This document shows, one piece after another, positions 1 to 8,558 of a stretch of 32,000 bases of DNA; the first letter of the stretch is position 1; each line of letters begins with the position of its first letter. The DNA lies in NCBI RefSeq assembly GCF_000734015.1, contig NZ_CP008796.1, forward strand, positions 690,001 to 722,000. Direction: 5' to 3'. The notes beneath the pieces are model-generated. The model made no database searches and was not told where the DNA came from. It was given only the letters and a program-made list of their open reading frames with translations. The translations under genes and the position numbers were made by a program. The stretch is from Thermodesulfobacterium commune DSM 2178. GTDB taxonomy: Bacteria; Desulfobacterota; Thermodesulfobacteria; Thermodesulfobacteriales; Thermodesulfobacteriaceae.

Positions 1-1598
1 CTGACGAAAACGCTCATCCTCATTTTGACTGTCATAAATCTTTAGCCTTGGTGCACAACGGCATCATAGAAAATTATTATGAGTTAAAGACTAAACTTAT
101 AGCTAAAGGTCATAAGTTTTACTCAGCAACTGATACTGAAGTGATCGTGCACTTAATAGAAGATTTCTTAAACCAAGGAATACCACTTAAAGAGGCGTTT
201 TTTAAGGCTCTAAAAGAACTAAAAGGTGCCTATGCTGTGGCCTTGATTCATAAAGAAAATCCTGATTTTATTTTGATTGGAAGAAACCAAAGTCCTGTAG
301 TAATAGGTTTAGGAAAACAGGAAAATTTTGTAGCCTCTGACATCCCTGCTCTTTTACCTTTTACTAAAGAAGTTTTGTTTTTAAACGATGGGGAAGTAGC
401 TATACTTAGGAAAGATCAAGTAGAAATCTATGATTTATCAGGCAATCCTGTTGCAAGAGCCCCATATCATGTGACCTGGGATATAGCCTCAGCTGAAAAG
501 GGTGGTTTTGACCACTTTATGCTAAAAGAAATCTATGAGCAACCTGAAGCCATAAAAAACACGATGTTAGGAAGGATTGATTTGGATAAAAACCAGATTG
601 ATTTTTCTCAGGAAGGATTAGACCAAAAATTTTTAGAAGGAATACAAAGGTTTTATATCGTTGCTTGTGGTACCTCTTATCATGCTGGATTGGTAGCAAA
701 ATATCTCATAGAAAGGGAGTTAGGCCTTCCTGTAGAGGTAGATATTGCCTCTGAATTTAGATATAGAAACCCTATTTTAGACGAAAAAACCCTTTTTATA
801 GGAATTTCCCAATCAGGAGAAACAGCTGATACCCTTGCCAGCTTACGTTTAGCTAAAGAGAAAGGTGCTAAAACCCTTTCTATCTGTAATGTGGTAGGAA
901 GTACCATAGCCAGAGAAACTGAGGTTGTATTATATACTAAAGCTGGGCCTGAAATAAGTGTGGCTTCTACTAAGGCTTTTTCTACTCAGGTTTTAACCTT
1001 TGTCCTCTTTACCTTTTATCTAAAACAGCTATTATTTGGAGAAAATGAAAAAAAACAAAAAATCGAGGCTTTAATAAAACTACCCTCCCAATTAAAAATT
1101 TTTATCGAAAAGGTCCATTCTAAAGTTAAAACTTTGGCTCAAAAGTGGTATCAAGCACAAAATGCACTTTATTTAGGAAGAAACATCCTTTATCCTATAG
1201 CCTTAGAAGGTGCCTTAAAACTTAAAGAAATTTCTTACATCCATGCAGAGGGTTATGCAGCAGGGGAGATGAAACATGGACCTATAGCCCTGATAGAAGA
1301 AAAGGTACCTACTGTAATCCTTGCAGCCAAAGAAACAGGCATTGTTTACGAAAAAACTTTGTCTAACGCTGAAGAGGTAAGGTCACGTAGAGGGCCTATT
1401 ATCTCATTGGTAACCGAAGGGGCCAAAGAATTCCAAAAAATTTCTGACGAATACATAGAAGTTCCCTTGACTTTTTATGAATTTTTACCTATTTTTTATG
1501 TAGTTCCTCTTCAACTTTTAGCCTATGAAATAGCTACTTTAAGAGGTTGTGACGTAGATAAACCAAGAAATTTAGCCAAAAGCGTAACAGTTGAGTAA
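1..1598 (+). CDS. glmS: Glutamine--fructose-6-phosphate aminotransferase (isomerising), 5'-truncated by the window edge
   Basis: The frame is open from base 3 (DENAHPHFDCHKSLALVHNGIIENY...), so the TTG at 48 in the ORF track is internal. SIS-domain signatures GTSYHAG and GISQSGETADT are present, with the canonical C-terminus DKPRNLAKSVTVE. Confidence 0.95.
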   Translation, partial: DENAHPHFDCHKSLALVHNGIIENYYELKTKLIAKGHKFYSATDTEVIVHLIEDFLNQGIPLKEAFFKALKELKGAYAVALIHKENPDFILIGRNQSPVVIGLGKQENFVASDIPALLPFTKEVLFLNDGEVAILRKDQVEIYDLSGNPVARAPYHVTWDIASAEKGGFDHFMLKEIYEQPEAIKNTMLGRIDLDKNQIDFSQEGLDQKFLEGIQRFYIVACGTSYHAGLVAKYLIERELGLPVEVDIASEFRYRNPILDEKTLFIGISQSGETADTLASLRLAKEKGAKTLSICNVVGSTIARETEVVLYTKAGPEISVASTKAFSTQVLTFVLFTFYLKQLLFGENEKKQKIEALIKLPSQLKIFIEKVHSKVKTLAQKWYQAQNALYLGRNILYPIALEGALKLKEISYIHAEGYAAGEMKHGPIALIEEKVPTVILAAKETGIVYEKTLSNAEEVRSRRGPIISLVTEGAKEFQKISDEYIEVPLTFYEFLPIFYVVPLQLLAYEIATLRGCDVDKPRNLAKSVTVE

Positions 1599-1616
1599 AA
1601 AGATAGGAGTAGGCTT

Positions 1617-1820
1617 ATGGAATGTAAAAGGGATAAAAACCTTAAAAATTGTAATTGCTCTTATGATCCCTGTCCTAAAAAAGGGATTTGTTGTGAATGT
1701 TTGCATTACCATAGAAAGATGAGACAATTACCAGCTTGTTTTTTTCCCCCTGAGTATGAAAAAACCTATGATAGAAGTTTTGAACTTTTTGCTAAATTAG
1801 TTTCTGAAGGGAAGGTATAG
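1617..1820 (+). CDS. Small Cys-rich protein (9 Cys in 67 aa). It resembles the DUF6485-type family; this is recalled from memory, not searched.
   Basis: The ATG is preceded by taGGAGtaGG. Pattern [21 protein letters not shown]...PAC. It lies 18 nt after glmS and 3 nt before rsfS, so it is probably co-transcribed. Confidence 0.6.
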   Translation: MECKRDKNLKNCNCSYDPCPKKGICCECLHYHRKMRQLPACFFPPEYEKTYDRSFELFAKLVSEGKV

Positions 1821-1823
1821 GAC

Positions 1824-2204
1824 ATGGAAAGCAAAGTGTTGGCAGAAATAATCTTAAAGTTACTTGAAGATAAAAAAGCAGAAAACATAGTGCTTATTGA
1901 TGTAAAGGATAAAGTAGACTATGCTGACTATTTTATCATATGTAGTACCCATTCAACCAAACATACCCAGGGGCTTTCAGACTATATTTTGTTTGAATTA
2001 GAAAAAATAGGTATCAAACCTTTAGGTATAGAAGGAGCTGAACTGGGACAATGGATAATTCTTGACTTTGATTCTGTTATAGTCCATCTTTTCTATGAAC
2101 CTATACGTCAAGTTTATGCGTTAGAGGATCTTTGGATGGATTTTCCTCTTCCAAGGAAACAGGCTCAAGAACCTTATCTGTTAGATACTCAAGAGGAGTT
2201 TTAA
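1824..2204 (+). CDS. rsfS: Ribosomal silencing factor RsfS (iojap family)
   Basis: Typical RsfS core: ENIVLIDVKDKVDYADYFIICSTHSTKHTQGL...WIILDFDSVIVHLF...YALEDLW. The 3' end overlaps the hflX 3' end. Confidence 0.9.
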   Translation: MESKVLAEIILKLLEDKKAENIVLIDVKDKVDYADYFIICSTHSTKHTQGLSDYILFELEKIGIKPLGIEGAELGQWIILDFDSVIVHLFYEPIRQVYALEDLWMDFPLPRKQAQEPYLLDTQEEF

Positions 2205-3876
2205 ACAGTATTTCTTCTATTTTGGTTAGAAGTAGGTCTAGGTTATCTCCTCTTTTGGCTGAGACAGGGATAGCTTTATATCTATGAGAAAGTGCTTTTA
2301 TTAGTTGAAACTCTGAAGGAGGTAAAAGGTCAATTTTGTTAAAAACCATCAACAAAGGATAATGTAAAAGTTCCATCTCTTCTAAAATTTGATTTACGGT
2401 TTCTATTTGGCTTTCAAAATCCGGATTACTTATGTCTACGATGTGAAGTAATAAATCTGCTGAGTATAATTCTTCAAGGGTGGCTCTAAAGGCTTTTTTT
2501 AGGTCTTCTGGTAGGTTTCTTATAAAACCTACGGTGTCTGTGATAAGAAATACTTGATTGTTTGGAGTTCTTATAGCTTTGGTTACAGGATCAAGGGTAG
2601 CAAAAAGTTTATCTTCTGCCAGATATTGACTCTTAGCCAAAGTATTAAACAAGGTAGTTTTACCTGCATTGGTATAACCTATCAACGCAACGGTCTTAAA
2701 AGCTAATTTTTTCCTGCGTTTTCTTTTTATATCTCTTTCTTGAGAAATCTTTTCTAACTCCCTTTCTAACTTAGCAATACGGTCCTTTATCCTTCTTTTA
2801 TCTATTTCTAACTTAGTCTCTCCCGGACCTCTACCTCCTATACCTCCAGTAAGTCTGGAAAAAGCATCGTCCTTAGCCCTAAGTCTTGGAAGAGTATATT
2901 TTAGCTGAGCTATCTCTACCTGAATTTTTCCTTCTTTAGACTTTGCTCGTTGAGCAAAGATATCTAAAATAAGTTGGGTTCGGTCTATAACCCTTAAATC
3001 AGTACTTTCAGTAATGGCTCTTACTTGAGAGGGAGTAAGCTCTCGGTCGAAAATCAAAAGATTGGCACGGTTTCTCAAGGCAAGAACCATCACCTCAAGA
3101 AGTTTTCCTTTACCTATTACATACCTTGGGTCTGGACTTGGCTTTTTCTGAACTATTTCTCCTACTACCGTTACTCCTGCAGTACGGGCTAACTCTCTTA
3201 ATTCAAATATCCTTTCTTCTAAATAAGGATCGTTAGGTTCTCTTAAAAAAATAAGAATAGCCCTATCCTTTTGTTCCTCTACCTCTTTAAGTGGTTTTAC
3301 CCGTTCGAGCTCATCTTCTAAATTTTTTATAAGCTCTAAAAAATTTTCTTTTAACTCCCAAACATAACAAGGTCTTAAAAAATAAAAAAATTGGTTTTCT
3401 TTGTCTGAAAGAGAACCTCCTGCAAAAAACTCTGGATCAGGGATAATATGAGCTATATGAATTTTACCTGGTTCTCCGTTCGGATGAACTTCTAAAGCAC
3501 CTACTAAATCGAGTCTTAAAAGAGCTAGGTCTATCAAATCATCTTGATCAAGCTCAGAATGGGTAATTTTAGAGGTTAAAAGATGGGTATGAATAAAGCG
3601 CAAACCCTTTAACCTTGCGATGTGATCACGATATCCTCTTAATTCTGGGAGTTCAATACGATTAAATGTACCCACTACCACATAATCTATCTCACCCTTT
3701 CGATTAATAAGAAGTCCTACCTGACGGTTTAGGTCTGCTGAAACCTTAGCCAGTTCTCTTGCTAATTCATGAGAAATAATAGACGCAGGAGGGACTCTCC
3801 TTCTATAGAACCTTTCCAAATTTTTTAATTCACTTGGCTTTAAACCTACGGTATGTCCGAATACGTTATATCCCAT
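2101..3876 (-). CDS. hflX: GTPase HflX, long form (591 aa, with about 200 extra N-terminal residues)
   Basis: The HflX N-domain starts near DRAILIFL. G motifs are GYTNAGKTTLFN, DTVGF and NKID. GGAGG lies upstream of the ATG at 3876. Confidence 0.9.
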   Translation of the reverse strand: MGYNVFGHTVGLKPSELKNLERFYRRRVPPASIISHELARELAKVSADLNRQVGLLINRKGEIDYVVVGTFNRIELPELRGYRDHIARLKGLRFIHTHLLTSKITHSELDQDDLIDLALLRLDLVGALEVHPNGEPGKIHIAHIIPDPEFFAGGSLSDKENQFFYFLRPCYVWELKENFLELIKNLEDELERVKPLKEVEEQKDRAILIFLREPNDPYLEERIFELRELARTAGVTVVGEIVQKKPSPDPRYVIGKGKLLEVMVLALRNRANLLIFDRELTPSQVRAITESTDLRVIDRTQLILDIFAQRAKSKEGKIQVEIAQLKYTLPRLRAKDDAFSRLTGGIGGRGPGETKLEIDKRRIKDRIAKLERELEKISQERDIKRKRRKKLAFKTVALIGYTNAGKTTLFNTLAKSQYLAEDKLFATLDPVTKAIRTPNNQVFLITDTVGFIRNLPEDLKKAFRATLEELYSADLLLHIVDISNPDFESQIETVNQILEEMELLHYPLLMVFNKIDLLPPSEFQLIKALSHRYKAIPVSAKRGDNLDLLLTKIEEILFKTPLEYLTDKVLEPVSLEEENPSKDPLTHKLDV

Positions 3877-4095
3877 ACCTCCTCTTTATATTTCTCCATT
3901 TTGTTTAAAATTTTAATACACATTTAGCGTGTTTAAAGTCTATAGCATTAAAATAAAAAAAATTATCTATCTCAATTGACCAAAAATCATTATAGCCTTT
4001 ATTAAATTTTTTTTACATTTTGGAAATCAAGAAGGTTTTTAGTATAGATTTTAAGTATATAAATTTCTATAATTAATAAAATCTCTGTTCTTATC

Positions 4096-4124
4096 TTGAT
4101 ACTATCATAAAGTTGGTTTAAAAT
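4096..4124 (+). promoter_or_regulatory. Sigma-70-like promoter TTGATA-17 nt-TAAAAT
   Basis: The -35 TTGATA is at 4096-4101, the spacer is exactly 17 nt, and the -10 TAAAAT is at 4119-4124. It lies about 40 nt upstream of the ATG at 4165, inside a 288-bp AT-rich divergent intergenic region. Confidence 0.4.
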
Positions 4125-4164
4125 ATTTTTAAAGTAACGTATAAAAAGTTTGAGTAAAAATTAG

Positions 4165-4368
4165 ATGATAGTAGTTACAGTAAAATGTTTTAAATGTAGA
4201 CGTACCTTTGACAAGGTTTTCCCTGATAGTGAGCTTTCTTTTATGTCAAAAACCATAACCTGTCCTTTTTGTCGGTCTATCAACACGCAAAAAGTAATGG
4301 TTAGGCAAGTACCTGACGAAAAAGAGGCTAAATGCGATTTTATCATCGAATGTCTTAAAAAAGGCTGA
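4165..4368 (+). CDS. Stand-alone small zinc-ribbon protein (CxxC...CxxC), function unknown
   Basis: KCFKCRRTF...TCPFCRS gives two CxxC pairs 29 residues apart. It has its own promoter-like hexamers upstream and a hairpin/T-tract downstream. There is no clear SD, which lowers confidence. Confidence 0.5.
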   Translation: MIVVTVKCFKCRRTFDKVFPDSELSFMSKTITCPFCRSINTQKVMVRQVPDEKEAKCDFIIECLKKG

Positions 4369-4381
4369 TAGCTTCATTTAA

Positions 4382-4410
4382 CCCTGCTTGAAAGCAGGGC
4401 AAAATTTTTT
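4382..4410 (+). terminator. Rho-independent terminator between the convergent zinc-ribbon ORF and tyrS
   Basis: Stem CCCTGC (4382-4387) pairs with GCAGGG (4394-4399) around loop TTGAAA, followed by CAAAATTTTTT. The T tract is only on the plus strand, so the minus-strand (tyrS) use would be weaker. Confidence 0.6.
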
Positions 4411-4450
4411 CTACTACTTAAATCCACAAAATTAATAAAAACTTACTTGT

Positions 4451-5659
4451 CTAATTTACAATTACTTTCAGAAACTTCTTTTTCCCTATCCTAAAAACAT
4501 ACTCTCCTGTTGAAAGATTTAGCTCCTCTTGAGTTAAAACTTCTTTATTCAAATCTATAGCCCTCTGAGCTATAAGACGCCTGGCCTCAGAGTTGCTCTT
4601 TACTAACCCTTGATCTTTTAAAAGTCCTGGTACCCATACCTTGCCTGCTGGTATTACCACCGTAGGCACCTCGGTAGGTAGCTCTTTTTTACTAAACACT
4701 CTTTCAAACTCTTCTTCTGCCTTAAGGGCTGCCTCCTCTGAATGAAACTGGGTAACTATATACTTGGCCAACCTCTTTTTTACTTCCTTGGGATGTAACT
4801 CTCCTTTCTCTACAGAAGCCTTCATGTTATCAATCTCTTCTTCTGAAAATTCGGTAAGGAGCAGATAGTATTTCCACATAAGTTCATCTGGTATAGACAT
4901 AAGTTTTCCAAACATTTCATAAGGTGACTCCATAATTCCTACGTAGTTACCAAGGCTTTTACTCATCTTTTGGACACCGTCAAGCCCCTCTAATATAGGT
5001 AATGTAAGGATAACTTGAGGTTCTTGGCCATATTCTCTTTGGATGTCTCTTCCTATCAATAGGTTAAAAAGTTGGTCGGTACCCCCTAACTCTACATCTG
5101 CCTCAAGGGCTACTGAATCATAGGCCTGAAAAAGAGGATAAATAAGCTCATGGATACTTATAGGAAGTCCACTTTCGAACCTTTTTTTAAAATCCTCTCT
5201 TTCTAATATCCTTGCAACGGTATATTTAGCACATAACCTAACCATGTCTTCAGCAGTCATCTTAGACAACCATTGACTGTTAAACACGATCTTCGTTTTT
5301 TTTGGGTCTAAAATCTTAAAAACCTGTTCTTTGTAAGTTTTAGCGTTCTCTAAAACCTGTTCTTTAGTAAGAGGAGGACGAGTTTCAGACCTACCTGTTG
5401 GGTCCCCTATCATAGCTGTAAAATCACCTATTAAAAAATAGACTTCATGCCCAAGGTCCTGGAATTGTTTCATCTTTCTTAAAAGCACCGTATGCCCAAG
5501 GTGAAGGTCAGGAGCTGTAGGGTCAAATCCTGCTTTTATCCTAAGAGGACGTCCCTCTTTATAAGACTTCTCAAGTTTTTTTATTAACTCCTCTTCTTCT
5601 ATCAAATCAACCGTTCCCCTCTTAATAAGCTCTAATGCCCTTTTTATTTCTTCATTCAT
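4451..5659 (-). CDS. tyrS: Tyrosyl-tRNA synthetase
   Basis: Class I motifs HLGH and [18 protein letters not shown] is typical of TyrRS. A C-terminal S4-like domain is present, and AGGAGGG is the SD. Confidence 0.95.
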   Translation of the reverse strand: MNEEIKRALELIKRGTVDLIEEEELIKKLEKSYKEGRPLRIKAGFDPTAPDLHLGHTVLLRKMKQFQDLGHEVYFLIGDFTAMIGDPTGRSETRPPLTKEQVLENAKTYKEQVFKILDPKKTKIVFNSQWLSKMTAEDMVRLCAKYTVARILEREDFKKRFESGLPISIHELIYPLFQAYDSVALEADVELGGTDQLFNLLIGRDIQREYGQEPQVILTLPILEGLDGVQKMSKSLGNYVGIMESPYEMFGKLMSIPDELMWKYYLLLTEFSEEEIDNMKASVEKGELHPKEVKKRLAKYIVTQFHSEEAALKAEEEFERVFSKKELPTEVPTVVIPAGKVWVPGLLKDQGLVKSNSEARRLIAQRAIDLNKEVLTQEELNLSTGEYVFRIGKKKFLKVIVN

Positions 5660-5703
5660 AATTCCCTCCTACATTTAACTCTTTTTTAAATTTTTTAACA
5701 GTT

Positions 5704-7209
5704 TTAATCTGAAAAATAAGTTAAAATTGCCTCTACCAGACCTGGTATGGTATATTCTTTAGCCTCTATCTGTGGAGTAACACCATGCTTTATAAGTTCT
5801 TGAGAGGTAATCGGACCAATGGAAGCAAAAAGCGTATTTTTTAACTCTACTTCTTCTTCTAACTCGGACAGAAGCCTAAAAAAATTCTTAACCGTAGAAG
5901 AACTGGTAAAAGTTATGATATCTATACCTTGTTTTAACTCTTCTTTAAACGCAATTTTTGTCTCTTCTGGAAGGACGGTTTGATAGATCGGAACTACCTC
6001 TACAATGGCTCCAAGTTCTTCTAAACCCCTAGGTAACACATCTCTAGCTTCTTTAGCTCGAGCAATAAGCACCTTCTTTCCTTCGATAGGTATCTTCGAA
6101 AAAGCCTCTAAAAGCCCTTCTTGGGTAAAGTTTTTTTCAGGAATAAGGTCAGCCTTAATCCCCCAACCTTCTAAAGCTTCAGCCGTTGCCTTTCCTATTA
6201 CAGCTATCTTTAAATCCTTTAAAACCCTCAAATCCCTTTCGGTTTCTAACAGAGTTTTTATAAAAAATCTAACCCCATTTTCTGAGGTGAAAACCAGCCA
6301 ATCATAAAGGTTTAATCTTTCCAAAAACGCTGTATTACAAATTGGCACAACTTTTATCAAAGGTAACTCTACTACGTCTGCGCCAAGTTCTTCAAGCAAA
6401 AAAGAAAGTCTGCTTGCTTGTTCTCTGGTACGTGTAATAGCTATCCTTTTACCAAACAGAGGTTTCCTTTCAAACCAGTTAAAATCAGGTCTTAGTTTTA
6501 CCACCTCTCCTACCACGATGATAGCCGGAGGCTTTATCCCTGCTTTTTCTACCTCGGCTACGATGTTTTCTAGACATCCAGTAACTACTTTTTGCTTTGG
6601 AAGAGTTCCCCATTGTATTAAAGCTACCGGAGTTTTAGGGTCTTTGCCTTCTTTTATCAAATTTTCGACGATATATTTAAGATTTTTAACCCCCATCAAA
6701 AAAACTAAAGTTCCAAGTTTAGCTAAAGCTTTAAAATCGATTTTACTTTCAGGTTTTCCTTCTGCCTCATGTCCGGTGATGATGGCTAAGGTAGAGGTAT
6801 AGTCACGATGGGTAACAGGAATCCCAGCATAAGCCGGAACTGCAATCGCAGAGGTAACGCCAGGAACTACCTCAAAAGGAATCCCCTCCTTAACAAGCTC
6901 CTCTAGCTCTTCACCACCTCTACCAAAAAGAAAAGGATCTCCACCTTTAAGCCTTACGACCTTTTTCCCTTCCTTAGCTTTTTTTACCAAAAGTTTATTG
7001 ATTTCTTCCTGTGGTAATGTGTGTTCTCCACCTTTTTTACCTACATAGATCTTTTCAGCTCCTTCTTTACAAAAAGAAAGAAGTTTGGGGTTAGCTAAAT
7101 AGTCATATATTACTACCTCTGCTTGTTCTAAAATTCTTTTTCCTTTAAGAGTAAGAAGTTGGGGATCTCCTGGACCAGCACCTACCAAATATACCTTTCC
7201 TTGAGCCAT
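5704..7209 (-). CDS. cobA: Bifunctional uroporphyrinogen-III C-methyltransferase / uroporphyrinogen-III synthase (SUMT-HemD fusion)
   Basis: The N-terminal half has the SUMT signature VYLVGAGPGDPQLLTLKG...VVRLKGGDPFLFGRGGEE. The C-terminal roughly 250 aa is HemD-like. At 501 aa, the length fits the fusion. Confidence 0.9.
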   Translation of the reverse strand: MAQGKVYLVGAGPGDPQLLTLKGKRILEQAEVVIYDYLANPKLLSFCKEGAEKIYVGKKGGEHTLPQEEINKLLVKKAKEGKKVVRLKGGDPFLFGRGGEELEELVKEGIPFEVVPGVTSAIAVPAYAGIPVTHRDYTSTLAIITGHEAEGKPESKIDFKALAKLGTLVFLMGVKNLKYIVENLIKEGKDPKTPVALIQWGTLPKQKVVTGCLENIVAEVEKAGIKPPAIIVVGEVVKLRPDFNWFERKPLFGKRIAITRTREQASRLSFLLEELGADVVELPLIKVVPICNTAFLERLNLYDWLVFTSENGVRFFIKTLLETERDLRVLKDLKIAVIGKATAEALEGWGIKADLIPEKNFTQEGLLEAFSKIPIEGKKVLIARAKEARDVLPRGLEELGAIVEVVPIYQTVLPEETKIAFKEELKQGIDIITFTSSSTVKNFFRLLSELEEEVELKNTLFASIGPITSQELIKHGVTPQIEAKEYTIPGLVEAILTYFSD

Positions 7210-7224
7210 GTTTTATCTCCTCGA

Positions 7225-8139
7225 TTAGCTACTTTGATATATTTCAGATAAAATCTTTTCTCCTCCCAAGGAAAGAAGACGTTTTGCAAGCCTTTCCCCT
7301 AAAATTTCTGGATTTTCGACCTCACCCTTTTCAACCTGTTTATAGAATCTTTCTCCTTCTAAATCACTTATAAAACCCACCATAAAAATTTCGTTTCCTT
7401 TTAACCACGCATAGGCTCCAAGAGGAACTTGACAGCCACCTTCCAAAGTCCTTAAAAAGGCCCGCTCAGCCCTTATACATATCTCTGTAGGCTCATGGTG
7501 GAGACAGGAAAGTAAATTTTTTATCTTTAAGTCATCCTTTCTAATCTCTACAGCTAAAGCTCCTTGACCTACAGCTGGAACCATTTCTTCTATAGAAAAT
7601 CTTCTATATTCTATGCAAAGGTTTAACCTTTTTAAACCAGCCTCAGCAAGTACAATCCCTGCAAACTGGCCTTCTTTCCATTTTCTTAAACGGGTATCCA
7701 CATTTCCTCTTAGAGGTAAAATTTCTAAATCTTTTCTAATTTTTTTCAGTTGCGACATCCTTCTTAGACTACTTGTTCCTACCCTTGATTTAGAAGGTAG
7801 GTCTAAAAAATCCCGATCTGAAATCCAAACATCAAAAGGAGACTCCCTTTCAGGAATACAACCTATTTCTAAACCATCAGCCAGCACCGAAGGAACATCT
7901 TTAAGGCTATGAACTGCTAAATCTATCTCCTTTCTTAAAAGAGCCTCTTCTATCTCCTTAACAAAAAGGCCCTTTCCTCCTATTTTACTCAAAGGGGAGT
8001 CTACAATTTTATCTCCTGTGGTTTTGATGATTACCTTTTCAAAGTGTATATGTGGAAAAAACAATTTAAGACGACCTATTACCCAATCGGTTTGAGCTAA
8101 AGCTAACTTGCTTCCTCTGGTGCCAACCCTTATTTCCAC
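7225..8139 (-). CDS. hemC: Porphobilinogen deaminase (hydroxymethylbilane synthase)
   Basis: IRVGTRGSKLALAQT at the N-terminus, GNVDTRLRK, and the cofactor cysteine context LEGGCQVPLG. Confidence 0.95.
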   Translation of the reverse strand: MEIRVGTRGSKLALAQTDWVIGRLKLFFPHIHFEKVIIKTTGDKIVDSPLSKIGGKGLFVKEIEEALLRKEIDLAVHSLKDVPSVLADGLEIGCIPERESPFDVWISDRDFLDLPSKSRVGTSSLRRMSQLKKIRKDLEILPLRGNVDTRLRKWKEGQFAGIVLAEAGLKRLNLCIEYRRFSIEEMVPAVGQGALAVEIRKDDLKIKNLLSCLHHEPTEICIRAERAFLRTLEGGCQVPLGAYAWLKGNEIFMVGFISDLEGERFYKQVEKGEVENPEILGERLAKRLLSLGGEKILSEIYQSS

Positions 8140-8159
8140 AAACCCTCCGATAGACGAAT

Positions 8160-8375
8160 TTATCCACAGCTACTACAAGTTCCACCTTTACAGGTGGCGC
8201 AAGCAGAACCCGATGAACTTACAAACTTGGAACCTGATTTAAAAGCTACTTGAGACATAAGTTTAGTAACTTTTGGGCTTTTACATTTTTTACACCTTAC
8301 TTCTTCTGTAGGTTTTAAAACGAGCTCTTCAAAAACCTCTCCACATTCTTCGCATTTAAACTCATAGATAGGCAT
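8160..8375 (-). CDS. FmdB/CxxC_CxxC_SSSS-family zinc-ribbon protein
   Basis: MPIYEFKCEECGEVFE...CKKCKS plus a Ser/Gly/Cys-rich tail SSSGSACATCKGGTCSSCG. GGAGGG is the SD. It is the first gene of the hemC/cobA-hemD/tyrS string. Confidence 0.8.
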   Translation of the reverse strand: MPIYEFKCEECGEVFEELVLKPTEEVRCKKCKSPKVTKLMSQVAFKSGSKFVSSSGSACATCKGGTCSSCG

Positions 8376-8558
8376 GGAGCTTAACTCCCTCCTTTTAAAA
8401 AATTTTAACTAAAACGATTTTAAAATAAACCCTTCTACCGTTAAGTCAAGACTTAAAAAACGTTGGAAAAACTTTAAGGATATATAATCAAAATATTCCC
8501 TAAACCTCTTACTTGCAGGGATTGAAAAAAATAGCAAAAAATGATATATTCAAAATCT

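Noticed and set aside
517-907. Two minus-strand ORFs (517-699, 680-907) inside glmS
   Set aside because: They are antisense shadows of a strongly conserved gene. They have no SD and low-complexity composition with no motif.
4161-4346. 61-aa minus-strand ORF antisense to the zinc-ribbon ORF
   Set aside because: It has no motif, no SD and no terminator on its side. The plus-strand frame has paired CxxC motifs plus a promoter and terminator in the right orientation.
5660-5703. T-box or attenuator leaders for tyrS and trpS (also 21629-21768)
   Set aside because: The tyrS upstream gap is only 44 nt and consists of an SD. In the 140-nt trpS upstream region I could find no specifier or T-box (AGAGA...GGTGGNACCGCG-like) motifs. 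T-boxes are also not expected in this kind of lineage.
6005-6802. Plus-strand ORFs 6005-6307 and 6518-6802 inside cobA-hemD, and likewise 7613-7912 inside hemC
   Set aside because: These are Ser/Pro/Lys-rich antisense translations of well-supported genes, typical of shadow ORFs in AT-rich, codon-biased DNA.
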